From: Balanoglossus misakiensis
Lineage: Eukaryota > Animalia > Hemichordata
Direction: 5' to 3'
NCBI GenBank assembly: GCA_040954595.2
Contig: CM082578.2
Coordinates: 525,740-589,739, forward strand
DNA length: 64,000 bases
Of this stretch, positions 1 to 9,007 are shown in pieces. The notes under the pieces were generated by a model. It had not been told where the DNA came from, searched no databases, and was given only the letters and a program-made list of their open reading frames with translations. The position numbers and the translations under genes are program-made. Every line of letters begins with the position of its first letter. Position 1 is the first letter of the stretch.

Positions 1-2
1 CT

Positions 3-1505
3 GCCCCGGCTATTTTTACACGGGTAGTAGGGGCGTTGATGGCTTTTCTTCATTCCCGAGCAGTACAAGCCAATCCATACCTGGACGACTGGTTGCTACA
101 CAATTCCAGTTTCCAGTTGACACTGGCAGACACACAAACCACACTACGGGAGACCGTTCGTGTGGGGTTCATTCCGAGCACAGATAAGTCTTGTCTAATC
201 CCCTCACAGAGGATCCAGTTCATTGGCATGGTCATGGATCTGTCCAAGGGTTTAGTTTTCCCTACGGAGGAAAACTTGTTGAAATTAGAACAACAAGTGC
301 ATCGGATCAGTTCAGAGTCCATGGTCCAAGCACGCACATTGCTCAGCATCCTGGGTCGCATGAACTTTCTAGCCGAGGCAATACCTTTAGGCAGACTACA
401 TATGAGGCCAATTCAACTGTTCCTGTTGGCTCATTGGAGGCCGGTATCCGGTCAGTTGACAGACCTTATTCAGGTAAAGCCACCTCTAGTTTCACACCTG
501 CAATGGTGGCTAGACAGGGGGAATACTCTCGAGGGAAATCCCCTAGTATCCCCGTTGGCGACGGTGTCACTGTTTGTGGACGCATCTCTCCAAGGGTGGG
601 GTGCACACTTGGGAGACAGGACAATTTCAGGGATATGGTCAGTCGACCAGTCAGTGCGGCACATAAATTGGTTGGAAATGAAGGCAGTACAGTATGCACT
701 TCTCCACTTTCACCAAGACATTTGCGGCAAGGTGATTCTGATCAGGTCAGACAACACCACAGTAGTCGCATTTATAAATCACCAGGGCGGCACCAGATCA
801 CCCAGCCTGTGTTATCTGGTATGGGACATGCTGAATTGGTGCCAGGCGAACAGCATCACGCTGAAAGCACTCCACGTTCAGGGCACAAGCAACATTCTGG
901 CAGATGCTCTATCACGGGACAAGTTATATCCACTAGAGTGCGCTCTACGGCAACCGCTAGTAGAGCAGATTTGTCTGATTTGGGACAGGCCCCACGTAGA
1001 CCTATTTGCGACAGCCAAGAATCGCAAGTTCCCGATTTACGCGTCACTAAGGTCGGAACCACAAGCACTAGCATGCGACGCTCTGTCAATCAGCTGGAAG
1101 GGAATGTTGGCATATGCATTTCCCCCACTACCGTTGATCTCCAGGGTAATTTCCAAGGTAGCACACGAAGAATGCGAAATACTTCTAGTTGCACCACTAT
1201 GGCCAACACGTCCTTGGTTTCCAAGACTACTCCAGTTACTGGTGGACTGTCCACTGACATTACCACACAATTGCATGGAGGAGACTGTTCGGCTGCCTCC
1301 GGTAGCACAACACCTTCACCTCCACGCTTGGAGACTATCAAGCTCAGTTTGCAGGCAAGAGGCTTTTCTGCAGAAGCTGCCTCGCGCATCGCACAACGCC
1401 GACGAGCATCCACCACGGCAGCATATGATTCAAAGTGGTGTTCCTTTCGTCATTGGTGTGAGAAAAGGTCGATTGATTTTCTCAGACCCACGCCTCCTCA
1501 GCTAG
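3..1505 (+). CDS. DIRS pol: reverse transcriptase (C-terminal part), RNase H and Dam-like N6-adenine methyltransferase domain
   Basis: Frame is open from base 3 (APAIFTR). Motifs: RT YLDDW; RNase H FVDAS, HINWLE, RSDN, NILADALSR; MTase VDLFAT and YAFPP. Confidence 0.92.
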   Translation, partial: APAIFTRVVGALMAFLHSRAVQANPYLDDWLLHNSSFQLTLADTQTTLRETVRVGFIPSTDKSCLIPSQRIQFIGMVMDLSKGLVFPTEENLLKLEQQVHRISSESMVQARTLLSILGRMNFLAEAIPLGRLHMRPIQLFLLAHWRPVSGQLTDLIQVKPPLVSHLQWWLDRGNTLEGNPLVSPLATVSLFVDASLQGWGAHLGDRTISGIWSVDQSVRHINWLEMKAVQYALLHFHQDICGKVILIRSDNTTVVAFINHQGGTRSPSLCYLVWDMLNWCQANSITLKALHVQGTSNILADALSRDKLYPLECALRQPLVEQICLIWDRPHVDLFATAKNRKFPIYASLRSEPQALACDALSISWKGMLAYAFPPLPLISRVISKVAHEECEILLVAPLWPTRPWFPRLLQLLVDCPLTLPHNCMEETVRLPPVAQHLHLHAWRLSSSVCRQEAFLQKLPRASHNADEHPPRQHMIQSGVPFVIGVRKGRLIFSDPRLLS

Positions 1506-2395
1506 CAGATTTTTTCCTCTACTTGTTTAGGGAGAAAAAGACAGCAGTGAGCACTATTAAGGCGTACCGTTCAGCTATAGGTAACACACTTCGATTGTTG
1601 GGTGAGGAAGTTACTACCCTGGACGGGTCTATTTCTGCTTTGATTAGTAATTTCTCTTTGGCGCGACCAGTTGTAAAGTCACTGGTTCCCCAGTGGAGTT
1701 TATCTTTGGTTCTACATGCTTTATTAGGAGCTCCATTTGAACCTTTGCAAACAGCAGAGATGAAGTTCTTGACGTACAAGACTGTTTTTCTTTTGGCATT
1801 AGCTACGGCAGGTCGCCGTAGTGAGCTTCATGCCCTGTCTATGGCTTCAGCTCATATTCGTTGGTCAGCAGACAGTGTCACTTTGCTTACTGACCCAGCT
1901 TTCTTGGCAAAGAATCGGATTGCGGATCTGCCACAATCGCCTCTGGTTATTCCGAAACTGACGAAGTTAGTCGGTCAGCGTTCAGAGGATAGGTTGCTCT
2001 GTCCTATCAGAGCACTGAAGTATTATTTGCAGAGAACAAAAGACAGGAGGGGAGAGCAGACAAGACTGTTTATCTCCATTAGGGTTACACCCAGTATGTC
2101 TATTTCACAGTCGACTATTTCCAGATGGATCGTCGAGACTATTAAGTTTGCTTATTCTAGCCCTTCAGAAGAAGCAATTAGCTGGGCTAAGGTGTCAGCT
2201 CATGAAGTCAGAGCTCTTGCTGCTTCATGGTCACTTTTTTCAGGGACTTCCATGGCTGATTTATTGTCTGCAGTCCAGTGGAGATCACAGACTACTTTTT
2301 CCTCTGCTTATCTGCGAGATATGGCAGCGGAAGCAGATGGCTTATTTTCCTTGGGTCCTATCTGTGTAGCTCAAAGGGTAGCTCACAGTAAGTAA
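191..2395 (+). CDS. DIRS tyrosine recombinase (long ORF overlapping pol; the recognisable YR part starts at ~1330)
   Basis: N-terminal binding domain (RRASTTAAYDSKW...STIKAYRSAI); catalytic residues GRRSEL, AHEVR, QWRS, SAYLRD all present. Confidence 0.92.
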   Translation: MSNPLTEDPVHWHGHGSVQGFSFPYGGKLVEIRTTSASDQFRVHGPSTHIAQHPGSHELSSRGNTFRQTTYEANSTVPVGSLEAGIRSVDRPYSGKATSSFTPAMVARQGEYSRGKSPSIPVGDGVTVCGRISPRVGCTLGRQDNFRDMVSRPVSAAHKLVGNEGSTVCTSPLSPRHLRQGDSDQVRQHHSSRIYKSPGRHQITQPVLSGMGHAELVPGEQHHAESTPRSGHKQHSGRCSITGQVISTRVRSTATASRADLSDLGQAPRRPICDSQESQVPDLRVTKVGTTSTSMRRSVNQLEGNVGICISPTTVDLQGNFQGSTRRMRNTSSCTTMANTSLVSKTTPVTGGLSTDITTQLHGGDCSAASGSTTPSPPRLETIKLSLQARGFSAEAASRIAQRRRASTTAAYDSKWCSFRHWCEKRSIDFLRPTPPQLADFFLYLFREKKTAVSTIKAYRSAIGNTLRLLGEEVTTLDGSISALISNFSLARPVVKSLVPQWSLSLVLHALLGAPFEPLQTAEMKFLTYKTVFLLALATAGRRSELHALSMASAHIRWSADSVTLLTDPAFLAKNRIADLPQSPLVIPKLTKLVGQRSEDRLLCPIRALKYYLQRTKDRRGEQTRLFISIRVTPSMSISQSTISRWIVETIKFAYSSPSEEAISWAKVSAHEVRALAASWSLFSGTSMADLLSAVQWRSQTTFSSAYLRDMAAEADGLFSLGPICVAQRVAHSK

Positions 2396-2468
2396 TAGCC
2401 TGGTTCTTTCTGTTGGAATTTTGTTTTTTCGGTTCAAGTCCCACCGCCAGTTGTTCCTTGGGACTCTG

Positions 2469-2864
2469 TAGGCTATAGGTTGGATCAAAGGTATGGTATT
2501 TATGCCATAGAAACAAAAAAATTTCTATTTTCGTTTCTGTTAGTAAATACTTACCTTTGATCCAACCAGGTACCCACCCGCCTCCCCACACTTGACCTGT
2601 GACTGTTTTTCCATTATTCATACATTTTGGATGGGTCCTCAGTGCGTGGGCAGCATAGTTTCGGCCTGAGCAGTTATTTCTCGTGCTGAGCAATACTGAA
2701 TATTCACGGCTGGACAGGTGGTATATGTACTCGGTGAGTATGACGTAATCAGGGGAAAGTTTTTTTATCTCAGCGGTCGTTAGAGGGCGAGATATATTAG
2801 GCTATAGGTTGGATCAAAGGTAAGTATTTACTAACAGAAACGAAAATAGAAAATTTTTTGTTTC
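2469..2864 (+). repeat. DIRS internal complementary region (ICR) and right terminal repeat
   Basis: TAGGCTATAGGTTGGATCAAAGGTA occurs at 2469-2493 and 2798-2822; 2510-2567 is the near-exact reverse complement of 2807-2864. Confidence 0.88.
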
Positions 2865-2872
2865 CTTCACAG

Positions 2873-5742
2873 AATGACAAAGATATTGAAACAATCCTAA
2901 ATCTTGCAAGACTGGGTCCGGATATTGCCAGCACGCTTGATGATATCTTTGATGCATATGAGACGGGGACTCTAAAAGGACAAAAATTCACCAAGAAAAC
3001 TTTGATGGCTAAACCTGATATACCTGTATATCTATTTAGCAACCTTGTTCTCCTAAATGAAGATACAGTCAGTGATTTTCTCCAAAATGTCAGAGAGGGG
3101 GAGATGAGCCTGCAGGAGATGAATAGAGAAGCAAAAGATGTAAAAAAGATGAAGGTTATACAACAGAATATGATGAAAGAACTTCAGATGCCATGGCAGA
3201 TATTTTCAAAAAAATTACCTGAGTATGCCGGCAGAGAGTATCTTAGCCGGTTCAAGGACTTGTCATTCAGCAGAGGAATACCAGCAGAAATGGTGACTGA
3301 ATGTAAGAAGATCAGGGGGATCCTTGATGCGCAAGACAGTGTTCAAGAATCTGATGCCACAAACATTTTCACTGGACAAGATGGTACCCGAGGTTGTGTA
3401 CTAAACACTGATGTTACTTCCTTAAATGCAAAGGAAATCAAGGCCTGTTGTCCAGACTTTACAGGGGCTGAACTCACTCTCATTAATATGGATGAGGTAT
3501 AATTAAGAGAGAGATTGATTTTATAAAATTACATGCACAGAATTTTTTAATGTAAAGGCTTGAACTGTACACCAGTGCATGTGAGCTCCACTTGTTATGT
3601 AATTTTGGATATTTGTACACATGCTTCAAGTTATATTTAATTCTAAATCATTTTTGTTGTAATATTTGTTTCCATGTCAAATCCCTGAAGCATAATGAAA
3701 TACCCATGATATAGTTTATCTGCATGACATGTGTACAGTTGACATTGTTATTGTTGTGAACTGAAGTCAAGTTCAGACTGCAATATACCTCACGGTATCA
3801 ATGTTATATTATCTTTCATGACATGACAGTGGTGCTGATTAAAGTTTAACATTGCATTGAAATTCTATATCTCAACAGATTGTTGGTGATGAAAATATTT
3901 GAAAAGTGATGGCAACTGTAAAAGCTGTAAATCTGGATTGTGGTGTCCCGTACTACAATGTTGTGGTATTCTGCGAGACAGATGAAATCCGTGGGGTCAG
4001 GAGCATCCTGAAACAAACTTGTCTTCAAACAGAGGAGGCATTCTACTTTGTGAAAAATAACAAATCATGTAAGTATTATAATTTCAGCTAGATGTCATCT
4101 GTTTTTGGCTGTTGAGTTTCAAATACCAGTAAAATTAAGCCCCATGATAGGATAATTATGGCACATTTTGGAGGTGTCAATTCACCTTCCTCAAATAGCC
4201 TTTGTTGTTTATTTTAAGGGTTTTATATCTTTTGACATGACGTACCATCATTTAGTGGGTCAAATTCAGAGAATACCAGAGTAAAATGATCAACACGTAA
4301 CACATTGAAGATCAAAAGGCTTAGAAAATTGTTAATATTTTTTTATTTCAATAACTTAAATGAGCTTGATATTGTTTTCTGCTGAGAGTATTTTAATCAT
4401 TTTAACATGGAAGGTTCAGTATGTATCTGTTGTACGCACATTAAGATTTATGCTTGGCTTCTCTTTATCTGATTTTTCTCATTGAACTGGGAATCTCACA
4501 CATTAAATCATTTAATTAAAGGTTTGAGATCTATATTAATATTTCTATGTTTTATTGCTGCAGCCAAGAAGACCCTATGGAAATCTGTGTATGGTATAGT
4601 GGTTGGATACTGGGCTGAAGACGGACAGGTGAATGCTACCCAAGTAAATTTTGGGGAGGAAGCACACCATAATATGTGGATTATAGATGACAAGAAAGAC
4701 AAAACACAGATGTATAAACACATCATAAATGTGTTTTCCAGTCAAAAGCGATGGGTATTGGACATTACAAGAAGTATAGGTAAGATTCACAACGAATACA
4801 CTTTTCATCATTGACCATTTTTATAAAAAAATGCAATACATTTCAGGCAAAGATATTTTTGTGATTGTCTGTCACTCACGTGTACATTTTATCATCCATC
4901 AGTCCAATTCAAACCAAAGAAAATTTTGCCAGTTGTTGGCCTCTGTCACTTTAAATTAAAGCAGTGGTATTATAGTAAAATGGAAGACAATACCTAGTCA
5001 TATTAGTAGAATGAATGGGGAAAAAAGTTGTGATCAGGACACAGACAATTATTGTAAAGTCAAAGCAAAAGTAATATTATTAAATTCCTTTTGACAGTGT
5101 AAATGCTTCCACATAGTTACACAAAATGCATTATATGGGGAGAGTCAACAAACATTTGATTTTCGCATTATCATGTTCTCTGGTTCAATACTTACAGTGA
5201 CTGATTTAATTGATGAATGGGCAAGGTTATCTAATAGTAAACATGATTAGGAGATTTTTTTCATGTCATAATATGGTTAGTTGAGAAGTTGTTTCATTTC
5301 ATATGTAATTTTTTAAGCACATTCAAAAAACAGGCTTCATTTTGATGTATTGAAGATGAGTCGTATTATCTGCCAGGAAAAATAGTTACTGCTGAATATG
5401 TTTGAAACCACAAGTAGTTAAAGGGTTCCACAACAATCAATGGATAAACAGGATAAATTTTATCAAATATACTGGGTTTCTCAAATTACCAATCAAAGCA
5501 AGCTGTATATTATATAAACAATGACATAGGAATGGATGCCAGTTTGTATTTTAATTTTTACTATAAATAGTACTTGTGTGTTTTTATTTCCAGGCTCTGT
5601 ATTCACAACGGCGGTGAATCTTGGAAGACCAAGTATATGTGTTGAGACGGACAGCAGTGAGTTGGAGGCAGTCTATTCGCAAGCAACGCAACAACTCCAC
5701 TGGAATGGAGCTGGATATTTAAGCGAAGAAGATTTTAATTAG
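2873..5742 (+). pseudogene. 3' four exons of a spliced gene (2873-3496, 3879-4068, 4564-4779, 5594-5742) encoding a degenerate N6/N4 (beta-class) DNA methyltransferase-like protein; in-frame TGA at 3900-3902
   Basis: All junctions are GT-AG with matching phases (0,1,1); AATAAA at ~6544. Spliced C-terminus YKHIINVFSSQKRWVLDITRSIGSVFTTAVNLGRPSICVETD follows the N6_N4_Mtase pattern (lI...S..gd.VLDpF.GsGtt..aA..lgR..igiE.d). Confidence 0.7.
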
Positions 5743-5799
5743 GTGACAGGGGTTTTGCAATAGGCCACTTCCATTTACCCTGAGTGACCTTTTTTGTCC

Positions 5800-6080
5800 A
5801 TGGGACCTTATGGGATCGGTTGCGTATGTATGTATGTATGTATGTATGGATGGATGGATGTATGTCTGTATGTCCGTCCACATCAAAAACATGAAAACCG
5901 CTGCGTGTATCACCTTGATATCTGGTGTGCTGATGCAGGCTGGGCTGTAGATGGGAGTTTGTTCAAATGAAGTTGCCATTTCCAAAAATATGCAAATTAG
6001 CTGAAAAAATGTGAATTTGGCCAAACTCAGTAACTCAAGAACTACTGGTCAGATTGCTTAGCAAAGTGGTGTGTGTATTT
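5800..6080. repeat. Interspersed repeat fragment with a (TGTA)n/(TGGA)n microsatellite, possibly HINE/DINE-like
   Basis: Tetranucleotide run at 5824-5880 inside non-coding sequence. Family assignment is by resemblance only. Confidence 0.35.
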
Positions 6081-6593
6081 ACTTTATTGAGTTGTTTTAA
6101 TTAGGCAGGAACTCCCCTCCTGTGTTTCATATAAACACAACAAATTCCTGAATGATTACATAACTGGCTAAGTTTTAAAGAGGCCAGCTGTTCTATTTAA
6201 TGTATGTACAGTACATATGCCATTGGCAGCTTATGGGTCAGTCAGTGTTTGCCCATTGATCCTTGCTATGTGTGTGTCTGTCTGTCTGTCGGTATATGGC
6301 CATGTACTCCAGTGTAGACTTTTTCTTGTATAATAACTCAATGGGACCACAGTGTCCTTGAAGAGATTTTTTTCAATTGTTGTCTGCTTGATTGATCTTT
6401 TTTTTTAACGAAATCTTTGAAATATTTTCCAGCTTAAGAATTTTATTTGCCCAATTTATATCATACATGAAATAATCTCCAAGGGATTTTACAAGGTCAT
6501 TCGTAAGAGTTCACATTAAGTTTGCTGTGTGTCATGTATGCTAAATAAATAAGAGAAATCTAATTGTTACTTGTGAGAGTCTATTATTTTTCC

Positions 6594-8673
6594 CCAGGGG
6601 TACTTATTCTCTGCCCTAGCAAGGTCCAGGGGTACTTATTCTCTGCCCTAGCAAGGTCCAGGGGTACCAATTCTCTGCCCTAGCATGGTCCAGGGGTACT
6701 TATTCTCTGCCCTAGCAAGGTCCAGGGGTACCAATTCTCTGCCCTAGCATGGTCCAGGGGTACTTATTCTCTGCCCTAGCAAGGTCCAGGGGTACCAATT
6801 CTCTGCCCTAGCAAGGTCCAGGGGCACTTATTCACTGGCCTAGCAAGGTCCAGGGGTACTTATTCTCTGCCCTAGCAAGGTCCAGGGGTACCAATTTTCT
6901 GCCCTAGCAAGGTCCAGGGGTACCAATTCTCTGCCCTAGCAAGGTCCAGGGGTACCAATTCTCTGCCCTAGCAAGGTCCAGGGGCACTTATTCACTGGCC
7001 TAGCAAGGTCCAGGGGTACTTATTCTCTGCCCTAGCAAGGTCCAGGGGTACCAATTCTCTGCCCTAGCAAGGTCCAGGGGCACTTATTCACTGGCCTAGC
7101 AAGGTCCAGGGGTACTTATTCTCTGCCCTAGCATGGTCCATGGGTTCTTATTCTCTGCCCTAGCAAGGTCCAGGGGTACTTATTCACTGGCCTAGCAAGG
7201 TCCAGGGGTACCAATTCTCTGCCCTAGCAAGGTCCAGGGGCACTTATTCACTGGCCTAGCAAGGTCCAGGGGTACTTATTCTCTGCCCTAGCATGGTCCA
7301 TGGGTTCTTATTCTCTGCCCTAGCAAGGTCCAGGGGTACTTATTCTCTGCCCTAGCAAGGTCCAGGGGTACCAATTCTCTGCCCTAGCAAGGTCCAGGGG
7401 TACCAATTCTCTGCCCTAGCAAGGTCCAGGGGCACTTATTCACTGGCCTAGCAAGGTCCAGGGGTACTTATTCACTGGCCTAGCAAGGTCCAGGGGTACC
7501 AATTCTCTGCCCTAGCATGGTCCAGGGGTACTTATTCTCTGCCCTCGCAAGGTCCAGGGGTACCAATTCTCTGCCCTAGCAAGGTCCAGGGGCACTTATT
7601 CACTGGCCTAGCAAGGTCCAGGGGTACTTATTCTCTGCCCTAGCAAGGTCCAGGGGTACCAATTTTCTGCCCTAGCAAGGTCCAGGGGTACCAATTCTCT
7701 GCCCTAGCAAGGTCCAGGGGTACCAATTCTCTGCCCTAGCAAGGTCCAGGGGCACTTATTCACTGGCCTAGCAAGGTCCAGGGGTACTTATTCTCTGCCC
7801 TAGCAAGGTCCAGGGGTACCAATTCTCTGCCCTAGCAAGGTCCAGGGGCACTTATTCACTGGCCTAGCAAGGTCCAGGGGTACTTATTCTCTGCCCTAGC
7901 ATGGTCCATGGGTTCTTATTCTCTGCCCTAGCAAGGTCCAGGGGTACTTATTCACTGGCCTAGCAAGGTCCAGGGGTACCAATTCTCTGCCCTAGCAAGG
8001 TCCAGGGGCACTTATTCACTGGCCTAGCAAGGTCCAGGGGTACTTATTCTCTGCCCTAGCATGGTCCATGGGTTCTTATTCTCTGCCCTAGCAAGGTCCA
8101 GGGGTACTTATTCTCTGCCCTAGCAAGGTCCAGGGGTACCAATTCTCTGCCCTAGCAAGGTCCAGGGGCACTTATTCACTGGCCTAGCAAGGTCCAGGGG
8201 TACTTATTCTCTGCCCTAGCAAGGTCCAGGGGTACCAATTCTCTGCCCTAGCAAGGTCCAGGGGCACTTATTCACTGGCCTAGCAAGGTCCAGGGGTACT
8301 TATTCTCTGCCCTAGCATGGTCCATGGGTTCTTATTCTCTGCCCTAGCAAGGTCCAGGGGTACTTATTCACTGGCCTAGCAAGGTCCAGGGGTACCAATT
8401 CTCTGCCCTAGCAAGGTCCAGGGGCACTTATTCACTGGCTTAGCAAGGTCCAGGGGTACTTATTCTCTGCCCTAGCAAGGTCCAGGGGTACTTATTCTCT
8501 GCCCTAGCAAGGTCCAGGGGTACCAATTCTCTGCCCTAGCATGGTCCAGGGGTACTTATTCTCTGCCCTAGCAAGGTCCAGGGGTACCAATTCTCTGCCC
8601 TAGCAAGGTCCAGGGGCACTTATTCACTGGCCTAGCAAGGTCCAGGGGTACTTATTCTCTGCCCTAGCAAGGT
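6594..8673. repeat. 32-bp minisatellite, ~65 copies (CCAGGGGTACTTATTCTCTGCCCTAGCAAGGT and variants)
   Basis: Period 32 read directly (6601, 6633, ...); about four recurring variants. Confidence 0.98.
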
Positions 8674-9007
8674 GGTAGAGTCGTAGCACCATAGTTTCTT
8701 ATTCTCAGAGCTACTGGCCATCTCACCTTTTATAAAAAAAAAAATCAAAATCCAACAGAAGAAACAAAAATAAACCTAGGTGAATTGTCTGAAAAAATAT
8801 TTGGTTACCCATGATCATTTGCAAACTCTAATTTTTATAGCAGGAAAAAACATATTTTAGATCATTCTTGTATCAAAGAAGATTTTTTAAAAATTAGGAG
8901 AGGTAAATATTCAAAATATGTTGATAGCAAATATTATTTTGGTTTTTCATTGGAAAACATAAAAATTCAGGATATCTCATTTTACAAAAATATTTCTCAT
9001 GGTGTTC

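Larger units (their letters stand above)
1..2860 (+). mobile_element. DIRS1-type tyrosine-recombinase retrotransposon, 3' portion (5' end lies outside the window)
   Basis: Overlapping RT/RNaseH/MTase and YR ORFs, followed by an internal complementary region and right terminal repeat typical of DIRS1. Exact right end is uncertain within the T run at 2854-2863. Confidence 0.93.

Noticed and set aside
3900-3902. Selenocysteine readthrough of the in-frame TGA
   Set aside because: No redox motif context and no SECIS recognised; a nonsense mutation is simpler.
6594-8673. CRISPR-like array (32-bp period)
   Set aside because: Units are head-to-tail with no unique spacers, there are no cas genes, and the context is eukaryotic.
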